The notes beneath the pieces are model-generated. The model made no database searches, had not been told where the DNA came from, and saw nothing but the letters and a program-made list of their open reading frames with translations. A DNA stretch of 64,000 nucleotides from Intoshia linei (taxonomy: Eukaryota; Animalia; Orthonectida): contig LWCA01000008.1 in assembly GCA_001642005.1 (NCBI GenBank), positions 39,557 to 103,556 of the forward strand, written 5' to 3'. The position numbers were made by a program, and so were the translations under genes. Below, in pieces: positions 1-13,100 of this stretch. Positions within the stretch are counted from its first letter, which is position 1. Each line of letters starts with the position of its first letter.

Positions 1-3000
1 AGAATTTTCTTGTAATTGTTCTCGGAATATGGAAATTTCTTGATATAAACCCTTAATTGTTTCATCCTATAAAATATATAATGATTAATTAAGAAATTTA
101 AATAATTATATAATTATTCCAATACTTGACGTATTCTTGCATATTGTATTCAATTCCACATTGAAAGTGGAGGGGAAATTATAAATACATAAATACTGTT
201 GCAATTATACAATTGTAACAAGTGATTGAAAAATAGTATTATTAACCTAATATTATGTAAAACCTTTTTAATTAAACAATTTTGTAAATCATTAATCAAA
301 CTTTTATAATAATTTTTCTCTTTGTTTGAATTTTCCAATTCTTTCATTTTTGCACTATTGTTTTCTTGATTGTTACAAGAATTTGAAAGTTTTTCCTGAC
401 TTTTTTCTCTATATATATCAAAATATTCATTTTCTTTCATATTTTGCAACTATAGACAATATTTAATTCAGAAAAAAATGTATTTACTTGTTCTTTTAAA
501 GATGCTACTTCAATACACTTGAAAGCTAATTTTTGTTTCATAGACAATGGATCCATATTTTTTGTTTCCTGTCTAGATTGAGCTTGTGAAATTAATTTCG
601 ACTCATATTGCTGGACCACATTTTGTAATTTAGAAATTTGTTTACGTAAGATTTTTATAATGTCATTTTGAGGGCTGTGTTGGTCGTTTCCGTCATTATT
701 TCTTTGTGATGCTAATCTTTCTATTAAATTTTCATTATTATCTGATTCGGATGAATTATTGGACTCGACCTAAGTTTAATATATGATGTGATATTTACTG
801 ATTTTATTATTTTAATCAAACGGATATTCAACGAAATTTAAATCAAACCAAGATAGTAAATTTTCGGCGCACTATCAAAAGATCGTAAAAAATAAACTTC
901 ATAACTAAACTAAATATAGTAAATTGAATTGGATAAAAAATATTCTATGGTGTTGACACCATAGAATATTTTTATTTTTTTTGTAATATGGTTTGTAGGT
1001 ATAATATGGTATATTAATATTTCAGTTTTAACTTGGTCTGTAGTCTTAATTAAATGACATAATTAATTAATTATTTAATTTAAACTTAAAAAAAATAAAT
1101 ACGATCTTTTGATTTACGATATTGTGAACGGACACGTAAATTTTTAATAGAAATTACACATTGAGTTTCATGTATTGAATAAAATTATAATTTTGTAAAT
1201 ATTTTACTTTTTAATTGGTCAAAATTCTGGAGGGTTTCCCTCTATAACGAGCCGTCTCTGACTATGAGTGTACTTAAAAAAAGTATCATAAACATTCCTA
1301 TTAAATTTTAAAAATTTGTCAATCTTTATTGTCAATCTTACCTGGACAGCCTAATTTAATTTAATTTTGATGTTTCAAAAATATATATTCTAAGTTAGTT
1401 ACTTAATTTATTATTTAAAATATATAAATTACTTGAGCATCTTCTATTTCTTCCTTTTCAACTAAATTTAAATATTTAAAATTAAATTATGCAGTTAGAT
1501 TTCAATTAGAAAATGTTTTCTTTTATATTCAAAAATTTTATTGATGCAAAACCACTTGTATGAATTAATGTCGTTGAAATTGAATTGATTTTTATCAAAT
1601 ATGTGAATGAGATAAGTTAAATATTTTTTATCACTATGCTAACTTATATAATATGCTACGCGATTTTTGTTTGTGTGTGTCTGTGTGTCCAGCTTTATTT
1701 AAATACCTACCCGTCTTAGAATTTTATAAAGTTCACATTTCAATTACAGTTTTTTCCGGGGATGTTCGCAAATTTAATTTCAACCTCCCAATTTCACATC
1801 TTACGGGTCAAAAACCCCAGTTGTCCCTTTTTTTGATAATCAAACGAGTTGGAGAATTTAAAAAAATATATACGCTGATACGGATTTTAAAATCATAAAC
1901 ATTCCATAAATTTAAAAAAATTATATCATCAGGACCAAAACCACAAATTACCCTTCTTTTTTTAATGAAAACAGCCCTAGAATTTCAAAAAAATTTTACA
2001 GCTTGTACAGTTATATCCTGTTAACACACACAGAAAATTTCAATCTGAATAAGTGACGCCTTCACGGTCAAAAAAGAACTTTAATATTTATTTTTTTTAT
2101 TTTATTAAAACAAAAAATGTGAAATAATTAACTGTCCGACAAAAAAAAGAGATTATTCTGATTCAGCTTATTCCAGTTGACATAAATACAAAATTTCAAC
2201 CCCAGAAATCTAAGAATTTTCGGTAAAAAATAATTTTTTAATATATTATCAGCCAATATTTTTTAAATATTTCGATTAAAATAAAAATTCAAAATGTAAA
2301 TATTGATCCTACAATTTCCAAAAAAAATGTGCAGTGAACGTCTACACATTTCTAATAAAGAAATATGGGTGAAAATCTATATAATTCAATTCTTCGGAAT
2401 TTTTAAATAGAATCGAATGTAAGTTACCTTCGAATGAACTCCAAGCTGATTGCGGACGAGAACATATGGGTGTAACAGTTCTTCCAAATGTTACGTTTTT
2501 TTTAGGGTTTGGTTTCTGTATATAGTGGTTTTTCATCATTGAAGGATATTGAGCGTTATTTTTGGTATTATCAATAAGCTCTAATGTAGCACATGACGTT
2601 TTAACTACGTTTGTTGAACTAAATTTTGCAGATTTTGGTCTTGTCTAAAGATTTGAATATACATTTATTTAAATATATATATAATATATTTTGTATTATA
2701 ATAATGATTATTATTATATTAGTTTTAACGATATTAATATTTCCATGATATGGATATAGTCCGCCTGTAAGATTTCCCATTCATATATGTGTTTCTCAAC
2801 ACACCATTCTAGAAACTAGATTAAACTACATTATATGTATTAGCCACCTAATTTGTATTATATTACACCATGATGCACGATTTTAATTAAATAATGATAA
2901 AATCACGATAAAATAACATATTCGGATGACATATAAGTCTTCCTGTAAACATGATTTATATATGTAAATATATATTATAAAAAATATGAGTCTCATGGCA

Positions 3001-3937
3001 GCTGTTTGGTATTTTTTCGTATGGGAAAATATGCACCATCATTGAGATACTATAGCAATTTATAATATGTAAAACAAAATATTTTTTTTTTGTAATGATG
3101 ATTTTTTTAATTTATCTATTGGTATAAGCAAAAATATTCTGAGAGGTCGAAAGAATGTTCTATTTTGTTGAACAGTGTAATATATTCAACTCTTGTCAGA
3201 AGACACCTTGTCAGACTCATAATTTATAATAATGATATGTTCTTTTATATCATTAATAAAAGATAACATTATTAAAAGTACGAAAATTTACATTATTAAC
3301 ATAATCTTGCTGGTCACTCAATTGAAATTTAAATGCGTATAATTCGGACAAGTATCCCAATCGAATAATATCATTGTGACGTAAAACAACACTAGAATTT
3401 TGAACCCTTGTATCATTAACATATGTCCCCTGTCTTGTATTTAAATCGTGTATAATATAAGCCACCTCAGCTTCACTGTATTCTATTAGAATATGTTGAT
3501 TTTCAATTTCTTCGCACTAAAAATTATTATTAAAATTTTATAAAAACAGAATATAAGTGAATAATTATTCAATTATAATTCAACCTATAGGTATATAAAT
3601 GAAATGATGAAAAATTGAATGGTTTCTAAAAACGTTATTCAATTTACCCAAAATATATCTTAATGTCTTAATATTAATATCCATCAACGGAGTTATTTAA
3701 ACAGTATCTATAAAGATTCTTACACGAAAATATTGTTGGAATAGTCCAGAAAAATTATATAAATATAGTTAATCCTAAATAACGCATATACAAAAATTGA
3801 TATTTCATTTTTCATTACATTTCTGGAATGACCATAAATAAAATGCCATGGCATATTATCATTACATTGATATTGACATCACACCCTGATCTACCGATAA
3901 TTGTCAATTTCGAAGATAATTTGATAATGTTTTTCAT
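1..3937 (-). CDS. FHAD1: Forkhead-associated domain-containing protein 1-like (FHA plus coiled coil), multi-exon, 3' end beyond the window
   Basis: Spliced exons at about 3866-3937 (MKNIIKLSSKLTIIGRSGCDVNIN) and about 3300-3517 (CEEIENQHILIEYSEAEVAYIIHDLNTRQGTYVNDTRVQN..HNDIIRLG) give FHA motifs in the FHAD1 order. Further exons at about 2428-2644, 1434-1461, 487-769, 253-450 and below 66 are coiled-coil-like. The start codon is uncertain. Confidence 0.75.
1639..2400 (+). mobile_element. Non-autonomous Helitron-like repeat, family A copy in an FHAD1 intron
   Basis: About 750 bp closely similar to copies at about 6300-7085, 10780, 25992, 33370 and 38004. Starts CTAACTTATATAATATGCTACGCG followed by a (TG)n tract. 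Confidence 0.75.
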
Positions 3938-4789
3938 TATATGCTTCGTGTCATTTATGGAAATATTTTCACATTTTAAATATTAATATAATATAAAAAA
4001 ATTTGTTTGTGAAACTAAGCTAATATTTAAAGTATACAATGCGTTAAATATTGATTCTGACAATTTTTATAGTAATTTTACATGTGATTTATTAGACAGA
4101 ATTCTTTCAGCTATATAAAATTATTTTATTTAGGTCAATATATTAATATAAAATAAATGCATTATTAAATTTTAAATATCACGTCACAACAATTAAAAAT
4201 ATTATATATGACTTAATTGAATTTACCATTTAATAATTGAAAATAATATAACTTATTAAAAGTGTTTCTTTTTTAAGCAGTTATTGTTTTAAATAAGTTT
4301 CACATCCTTAATTAATAAGTACTTCAGCTAAAAATGTATGTCTATGAATCTGTTTTTTTCTAACCATTTATTTAAGAAAGTTGGAAGTGTAAAGTTTTAA
4401 AAGATCCAATTTCTAATACATTTTTGGCGGATGAGGTTATATCGCTAAAGTTGCAGTATATATTAATTAATAATTAATTAATTTTACATTTAAATTAATA
4501 TATTAATATAAGAATATTAAATTCAAAACTTAGTTAATCGTTGTGCGCAACTGACTCATGCAATTTCAGAATGTTTTACTAGTGATATAGTGTTTGTAAT
4601 TTTATAGGAATATTAGGGTGTTTTTATATTTTTATAAGAACAAAAATACAGGGTCATACGACATGAGAAAAAATGAATAAAGTTATATTCACTATGACTT
4701 TATTCATTATTATTGTGAAATTAACGTGAAAATAATTTACTTTAAATATTAAATGTATATCTTTGATCTTAAATGTCTAATTCATTACA

Positions 4790-5090
4790 AAATATTTTTA
4801 AAATTTTCACTACAATTTTCGTTATAGTTGTACAATTGTATCCTGTTAACACACACAAAAAATTTCAATCTGAATATATGACGCCTTCGCGGTCAAAAAA
4901 GCATTTTAGTATTCATATATTTTTTTCCGAAATACACAATTACAAAAAATGTGAAATAATTAACTGTCCGAAAATTAAAAAAAAAATAAGATTATTTTGA
5001 TAGAGTTATTCCTGTTTAAATCCTGCGACGATCAATTTTTTCACTAAATGGATACACACAGACACAAACACACATACATTTTTATATAAG
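4790..5090 (+). repeat. Partial family A repeat
   Basis: Shares the blocks 'tatcctgttaacacacac..aatttcaatctgaat..gacgccttc.cggtcaaaaaag' and 'aaatgtgaaataattaactgtccga' with 2010-2160. Confidence 0.7.
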
Positions 5091-6299
5091 AAAAGGATCA
5101 TGAATCATTGGCTTTAGTACATCCTGTATTCTTTTGATAAAACTTTCGATATCATTAAAAAAATACTATTGGTCTTATATGTATCACAATATTCTAGAAA
5201 ATATCATTCAATTTGATTTATTTATCAAAAATAATTTTTTTAAAATAGTACTTAAAAAATATTAAAGAAGAAGCAGTTAAAATATTTTGACTTATGTTCA
5301 ATTAATTAATAAATTCATGTCTTTTTTTGAAATTATATATTTTTTACAATTACAATTGAAGATACAATTCTTTACAAATAGAAACTAATAAAAAATGTAA
5401 TTCCTATTACCGTAATAAAACTTACACTGAGGGTAATTTCACTTGGATTGTTAAAATTAAAAATTCGTTATTTAATGAAAAAATATGCATTTTATGTAAA
5501 AAATCCAAATTATCATCAAAAATTCAAACAAAAATGGGATGAAATATGCATGATAGGAGATACAAATGTGAAGATTGATGAGAAAGATGAAATTTTTCTT
5601 TAAATGAAAATTAATTCAAAGGCTATAAAATTTTAATACTATATATTAAAAATAAAAAATTTCATAAATGTAATTATTATTTTATCATTTTAAAAAGTAT
5701 TTTGACGAGCCGCATGTGATCCAAGAACCTCTATATAACCACTCTTTATTATTTTATGCAACACCAACATGAAATGTTATTATTGTTTATAAAAAAAATT
5801 GAAATATATTTGGGCGGAGCAAATTGTAACGTTTTGTAAATGTAATCGAATATTTAAAATTATATTTATTTCATAAAAATGTTAATTATCATCCATCCGT
5901 TAAAATTTATATTAATTTTAATTAATAAAAGTAAACAGCAGAATAATATAAAACGATTCCATGCGAACAATATGGTGCGATTGAACTTTCCTTATTCATG
6001 TAATAATCATAATGGGAACCCTCCATCCCTAAATTTCTTAATCTGAATAATATAACGTTATACATTACATTATTTTTATATATTCACGGTAAACTGCGAT
6101 TTACTATTACTATTTTATAATATTTAAATACACAATATTTACATAAAATATATAATAAATGTACTGGCTTGTCCTAGTTTACATAGTTACCACCAGTGTT
6201 CACTTTAAGGTTTCTAAGTTTAGGGTCCCCAGATTTTTTTATATACGCCGCCATAATATATGCAGCATTAAGATTTTTTCATTCAAAATTGCAGCAAAA

Positions 6300-7085
6300 A
6301 TTCCGAAGGAATGAATTATATAGATTTTCACCCATATTTCTTTATTAGAAATGTGTAGAGGTTCACTGCACATTTTTTTTGAAATTGTAGGATCAATATT
6401 TACATTTTCACTTTTTATTTTAATCGAAATATTTGAAAAATATTGGTTGATAATATATTAAAAATTATTTTTCATCGGGAATGTGTAGATTTCTCGGGTT
6501 GAACTTTTGTATTTATATCAACTGGAATAAGCTCTATAAAAATTTAATTTAATTTTTTTTTTAATTTTTGGATTAATTAAAAATCATTAAACCATTAATT
6601 ATTTCACATTTTTTGTTTTCTAAAATATTTTAAAAAAAAATATGAATACTAAAATGCTTTTTTGACTGAGAAGTCGTCACTTATTAAGATTGAAATTTTT
6701 TGTGTGTGTTAACAGGATACAACTGTACCACCTGTAAATTTTGTTTTCATTAAAAAAAAAAAGTAATTTGTGGTTTTGGCTTTGAAGATATACTTTTTTT
6801 ATATTTAAATTTATGATAATGTTTATGATTTTAAAATCCGTATCATATATTTTTTTAAATTCTCCAACTCGTTTGATTTTCAAGAAGGAAAAGAGGGACA
6901 ATTAAGGTTTTTGACCTGTAAGATGTGAGTTTGGGAGGTTGAAATTATATTTGCGAACACACCCGGAAAAAACTGTAATTAAAATATTAAATTTATAAAA
7001 TTCTAATTAAATAGTAGTTATTTAAATAAAGCTGAACACACACACACACCCAAACAAAAATCGCGTAACACTTAATATAAGTTAA
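6300..7085 (-). mobile_element. Family A Helitron-like copy, reverse orientation
   Basis: Reverse complement of 1640-2400. The spurious ORF 6677-6901 (KRVGEFKKIY) matches ORFs 1653-1898 and 38190-38441. Confidence 0.75.
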
Positions 7086-7677
7086 AATAAAAAAAATAAA
7101 TGAATTTATTCATAAAATTCTCACGATCCCTCGGTTGAAAACCACTGATTTAGATTATATTTATCGTTGTTTATATTTATATTATAGTTTAAAATATCCA
7201 ATATTATAATAAAATTATTAGTCCATATTAATTATTAATTAAAATTTTATAAAGTTAATCAGGTTAAAAAATCAAATTTTTTTTTAAATTTTAACTTTTT
7301 TTAGATTAATAAATTTAAATGATTGTAATGACTAAATGATATGACTATTATATTAAATTTATGATAAAAAATCACACTCGAAAAAATTTTTAAAAATCGA
7401 CTCTCTTTATTTTTTTAAATAAAGTGAAACAGATACATAAACCGACATAAATGTTTAATTAAAGTACTGTATATAAGTTAGGATTGCAACCGTTATGTTA
7501 CATCTGCAGGACGGAGATTATGTATTGTTTATTTTAATTTTATTTACTTATAAATTTATGTTATAATATTAGGCTAAATTCATGTTATGTAAAGTTTAAA
7601 ATTGAATGTTTAACTTTATTAATACAAATAATTTTAACATTCATTTAATTTTTAAAATAATTTTTTTTGCTTATTAA

Positions 7678-7886
7678 ATGTCTAACGTTGTAGTCGTAAA
7701 TGCTGAAAGTGATCATACTGAGAATCGCGTTTTGATTACAGTTCTATTATGTCTTTTTTGCACACCCTGTGTCGGTAATTATTAATTTATATGTTTGAAC
7801 TATTTTTGGTTAATGTCATATTATTTTTCCTCTTGCATTTACATTATTTTATAGGTGCCATATATTACTGTTGTTGCTCGCACTAG
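7678..7886 (+). CDS. Two-exon 42-aa cysteine-rich membrane microprotein MSNVVVVNAESDHTENRVLITVLLCLFCTPCVGAIYYCCCSH
   Basis: Exon 1 is 7678-7774, followed by a GT..AG intron at 7775-7854 (phase 1) and exon 2 at 7855-7886 ending TAG. GC content is above the flanks. It has a hydrophobic stretch and a C-terminal Cys cluster. Confidence 0.6.
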
Positions 7887-8519
7887 GAAGAAATTTAAAA
7901 TATATTAATAGTTTGTTACATTTACTATCAATAAATGTTAAAATGATGTACATTATAATTTCCGTTATTCATTTATTCGGTTATTTGCCCATTCCGTTAT
8001 TTTCATTTGTATATTTAAATTATTATTTAATGTTTTCGAATTTAATCATTGTTTATGAAGAAAAATTTTGGTAAAATCGAAGCCAAAAAATTGGAAACAT
8101 TTATCTAAAAGTATATGGGTTAAGGCGGTTGATATTCTGGTATTATAAATCGCGTTAATCGAGGTAGACTTATATTGGGTATATGTATCTAATTTGTTTA
8201 TTTTGAAGAATTATTTTTGATTTTTTGAAGCAGCCGCATGATAGGAACGGCTCTGGTCCACATAAAAATATCATTTTATTTAACATATTTATATGTTAGC
8301 TTTGTACACTACATATTTGAGTATCAATATAAATAATTCCATAATTTATTGAATAGTACAAATAGAGAGATTAAATATTTGAAGAATCATAAGTACATTT
8401 CATTTTATTAAAACGTTTCGATTCCTAATATTATTTTGTCTAGTTATAATATATAGATAATGACTTAACAAATCACTACATTAAGACTTTAAATAATTAA
8501 TCTAAAGATAATTTACCAA

Positions 8520-8850
8520 TGCAGAATTATGGAAAGGTGCACTTTCTTGTAACTACTGTACTGTTACTAGACCTAAATCATTACTGAGGAAGTGTATGTG
8601 TATTTTCGCATATTGGGAACCATTGGAAATATTCGATTTGTTTTCGTCCAATTTTTTGGATTATATGACCACTTTTAATATTAAAATTACACGCTTCTGA
8701 AAATATCACATTTTTCCATAACTTCATGGAATATCCAATGAGATTAGTACTGAATTCCAATCTCTTTGGAATATTCAGTGCTGATATCCTGGTTTTCTTG
8801 TAACTGACGATTATCAAAATATAATCCGCGGATCTTGTTAAGACGTGCAT
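8520..8850 (-). pseudogene. Degenerate Tc1/mariner transposase fragment
   Basis: KRLEFS..LIGYSMKLWKNVIFSEACNFNI resembles the Tc1 motif RLxFA..W....W..V.FSDE.KFN. After a frameshift, SSVMI* resembles SVMVWG. Confidence 0.55.
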
Positions 8851-9443
8851 TTCAAAAAAAATATAACTAATTTAAATTAATAAAGCTCAATTTGAGCACT
8901 ACATTAAAATTAATCTTGCTTCCTAAAATTTTGCATAGACATACGTATAAATCAGAAGAATAAAATTAGAGAATGACATATCAGAGAATATTACTGAACA
9001 AATATGTATGACCATTCATTCCAATTTTTTGACCAAAATGTCTAATTTTTTAGCTTTGCACGTCATTGAGCACTTCTATGATGTTATTTTTTTATGTAAA
9101 ATTTGGCATGTGTGTATGTATTCATAAAATGAACAAAATTATCGAAGGGCCTATCAGAAAATGTAAAAAAAAATTTACTATGAAAATTTTGTCCACCCTA
9201 TTATACTCATTCTCTCTTATAAATTAATTAAATTTAAAAATTGGTCATAATTTACGCTCGATGCCGAATATCAAATACAAATAATAATATTAATGTATAA
9301 TACATTATTTTTTTCATTATACGATCCCGAAATCATTGGTCCATGCACAATTTGCAGTGCACATGGATCCATAAAATAACATAATATTACGTTGCAATTA
9401 TAAAGTAACAAAATTTAATACTTTAATTTTTTTAAAATTAAAA

Positions 9444-12257
9444 CTAACTAGAAAATATATTAATTGTTTCAGGTTTCACAATTATAATTGATGGCCTAGG
9501 ATGATCTCTGTACATATGATCGTAAATTAATTTAATCATTTCTTTATTGTGCAGAATTCCCACATGAGTATTTTGATCAAATTGTTGATGATATCTAAAA
9601 TATTTTGATTTGCTCCATTTGGTACACCGCGTTAACGATTCATAGTTTACTGTACCATCAGCTTTTTCATAATACAACTTAGGTTTACCATGCGGATAAT
9701 CGGTATGTCTATAATCTAATTGTTTTATCGTATATAATCCACCTCCGTAGAAACACAAAGTATCAACTTGAGGCTCTTTAAGATCGTTAACTAGTGACTT
9801 CACTGCTTTCCATCTGTTCAATCCATATGGAATATTAACGGATGTCAATAATTCATCCATATTATTTATAGTATAATTTTTGTTCTTTGTCAATACAAAT
9901 GGCTCTTGAGATTTCCATTTAGTTGTAGATGGAGCTGCCGCTATAGGTACATTCCAAGACGTTTCTAATTTTTTCCACTGTTCGGGTTTTGTATAAAATA
10001 TGCCAAAGCTGTCTCCTAAATATATCTTGTATTATTTATATTTAACATGAATATACCCAATAGCATGCCTTTAATGGTTTTCACAGAACCACTGAACGGA
10101 CCACTTATTGGAATGTATAATTTTATATGATCATTTTTCCATTTTTGTGATTTATGATTCAAAAAATACAATGCTACTATTGTACCAAAAGAATGAGCCA
10201 CAATTGTAACTTTTTTTTTACTTACGTTGTACATTTTTTCAATTAATTCTCCCACTTTATCATAGTATGCATCGTCTAATTTAAAAAAATAATTATCTTA
10301 TAATTTTGTCTATTACTCGGAATTTTTCTAAAGTCGTACGGAGCGGCAGCAATATCGATACCATTTTCATATTGTCTCAGTAAGAAAAAATTGTAAAACG
10401 TATGGAAAAGCTCAGCTAGATTGCATGATATATATTTCAAATTAATTTTAAAATATTACTACGACGTATTTTCAATGTTGATAAATCTACAATAGCATCC
10501 ATTCTACCAAAACTATCATTATGTATGGTAATATTAACGCCTGGAGTATTATTGCCATATTTCAAATTGTGGTTATCGTAATGTAACCTATAAATAATTA
10601 TTAGATAATTATTAGCCTATGTCAAAAAACACGTTTTTTATGAATAAACAAAGGCCATAGGTAAATATGAGAAATTTTGTGTATGTTACGAATATTCATA
10701 TGAAAATATGGATAATCTTGTCAAAGGTTTAAAATTGGGATTAAGTTTTTGAATTATTAATATAATTACGTTGAAACAATCCTAACTTATATAATATGCA
10801 ACGCAATATTTATTTGTGTGTGTGTGTTCCACTTTATTAAAAAAACTACCAGTCTTAGAATTTTATAAAGTCCACATTTCAATTACAGTTTTTTTCCGGG
10901 ACGTATAATAAGATAAATTTCAACCTCCTAAACTCACATCTTACGGGTCAAAAACCCCAATTGTCCGTCTTTTTGAAAATCAAACAAGTTGGAGAATTTA
11001 AAAAAATAAATACACTGATACGGCTTTTAAAATCATAAACATTATCATGAATTTAAATTTAAAAAAATTATACCTCAGGGCCAAAACCACAAATTCCTTT
11101 TTTTTTTTAATGAAAAAAGCCTTAGAATTTAAAAAAATTTCAATTCGAATACGTGACGACTTCACGGTCAAAAAAGCATTTTAGTATTCGTATAATTTTT
11201 TTCCGAAATATTTTATTAAAATAAAAAATGTGAAATAATTAACGGGCCGAAAATTAAAAAAAAAATATTATTCTGATATAGCTTATTCCAGTTGATATAA
11301 ATACAAAAGTTCAACCCCAGACATTTACGCATTGCCGATGAAAAATAATTTTTAATATATTTCAACCAATATTTTTTAAATATTTCGATTAAAATAAAAA
11401 TTAAAAATGTAAATATTGATCCTATTCTTTACACAAATGTTAACAAAACTAAATTAAGATGGAATAATTCACTTTAAAGTAAAAAGTAATGTGATATGAT
11501 GGTTCCATCTGAAACAAATTTGGGAACCACTCCTTTAAATGATTGATAATAGTGAATACAGTAAAATCTCGATTATGTAAATTTTAAAACGTTAAATTTT
11601 AGTTTATTTGGAGTTGAATTAGAGTGTCCATAAGTACTAAATACGTACTCCATAAATACCATAGATAATTTTAGTCAATATTTTACTTGTAATATTTCAC
11701 TTTCTTAATAAAGTGAAGTTTTAATAATTTTATATTTTATAAAAACACTTTATATCGTTTAATTTGGATCACATTAAATTTATTAATTAATAAAAATTAA
11801 TTATTTTTTAATTATGACAAAAAAAATTATAATTCTAAAGAGAGTTTATTGATTTTTACAAACATTTGGAAAATCATAGTGGTTGTACGTAATACATAAC
11901 AGTCAACCTAGTTATAATATATAAATTATAAAATTATTATAATTTTAAATCAAGTTGCTCAAGGTGTTAAAATTAGTCGCTAAAAATGGATTACATCATT
12001 CTTTCTTTAAAGCAATCGAATTGTGGCCATAATTCAAATTTGAAGTTTATCCACTCGGTATATCTATCATTATTTTTCAAGCAATACCATGATAGTTTAG
12101 CATCTTTTAGAGTATTATCGAGTTTAGAACCACCAAATCCTGGAACTAAATATTAAAGTACAAAACGAAAACATTTACAAAAAAGGATGGGCATATTTTC
12201 CGATAATGCTAATTTTAACATATAACATAATAGAGCAGAAATAATACTTAACTTCAT
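9444..12257 (-). CDS. LCAT / lysosomal phospholipase A2 (group XV)-like secreted lipase
   Basis: Signal peptide MKLSIISALLCYMLKLALS, then PILFFPGFGGSKL, W.N...L.PQFDC, NNTPGVNI, AAPYDFRK, the nucleophile elbow IVAHSFG, DGTV and THVGIL (Ser-Asp-His triad). About 6 exons with canonical GT-AG introns, one of 32 bp. Confidence 0.9.
10780..11911 (+). mobile_element. Apparently complete non-autonomous Helitron-like element with an internal insertion
   Basis: 5' end A|TCCTAACTTATATAATATG. 3' end TGTACGTAATACA hairpin, then TAACAGTCAACCTAG|T. This fits TC...CTRR termini in an A/T target with no TSD. Confidence 0.7.
11600..11730 (+). repeat. Dispersed repeat with an inverted partner at about 13895-14033
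   Basis: 'gtgtccataagtact..aatacgtactccataaatacca..gataattttagtcaatattt..ttcttaataaagtgaagtttta' is the reverse complement of 13895-14033. Confidence 0.7.
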
Positions 12258-12886
12258 AATGAACGAAATTATATAATACTTTATCTAATAAAAACATAAA
12301 TAATTATGTATTAATATTAATTACAATATTGACTAAACGTAAATTTCTCAATATATATATAAATTAATAAAGTATTTCAAAATAATGTAAATATAGTCAG
12401 TTTGATATAATCTGAATATACTATAAATGTTATCATTCATTTCAAATTAGCCAGTTTAAAACATAATGATATAAAATATAATAAGAAATAATAATTAAGA
12501 CAAAAAACTTGTTTAGACAATAAGTCATATTATTTCACTTTTTCATCATATAATTTTTGGATTTACGATTTTATTTTATTTATTATTTGCTAGCAAACTC
12601 TCAAGTACTATATTAAACTTTTGTAAAAAGTACTGAGTTAATGTGTACTTAGTTTTACTATTACAAAAACTCAGTACTTAATTTTGAACCTCATTTATTT
12701 TACGAGTCACTTATTTTTGAAAATTATTTATTTTGCCAATTAGATTGGTTTTTTAAACAATGCATTAAAAAATTACATTAAATAAATAATTAAATTATCA
12801 ATACCTGCAACTAACGCAACAATTGAAAGATTATTTTCTGCGGTGGGGACCAATTTTATATTATGATGAAAATTAAATTATAATAA

Positions 12887-13100
12887 ACTAACTTGACTGT
12901 TATGTACTTCGTACAAACATCATCTTAGCTCTGCCGAGGGCGGACATTTTTATTCTTCCAGAAAAATAAATTAAGTAAGGAAATTTAACCTAAAAATGCT
13001 ACTATTCACTATTATAAATTATTTAAATAAGTCGTTCCAAACTTGTTACACGTGGACCCGTCATATCACATTACTTTTGAATTTAAAGTGAATTATTGCA
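12887..13100 (-). mobile_element. Helitron-like family A 3'-end fragment
   Basis: Reverse complement of the 3' terminus (GTACGAAGTACATAACAGTCAAGTTAG). The same block occurs at 14748-14970, 17270-17425, 22077-22300 and 42540-42681. Confidence 0.65.

Noticed and set aside
1653-1898. Short similar ORFs (also 6677-6901 and 4773-5000) resembling a small gene family
   Set aside because: All lie inside family A repeat copies, and their frames and stops are not conserved between copies.
8225-8280. Minus-strand IFLCGPEPFL, resembling an FNR-family NAD-binding motif
   Set aside because: It is an isolated short match with no supporting exons and lies next to a decayed transposon.
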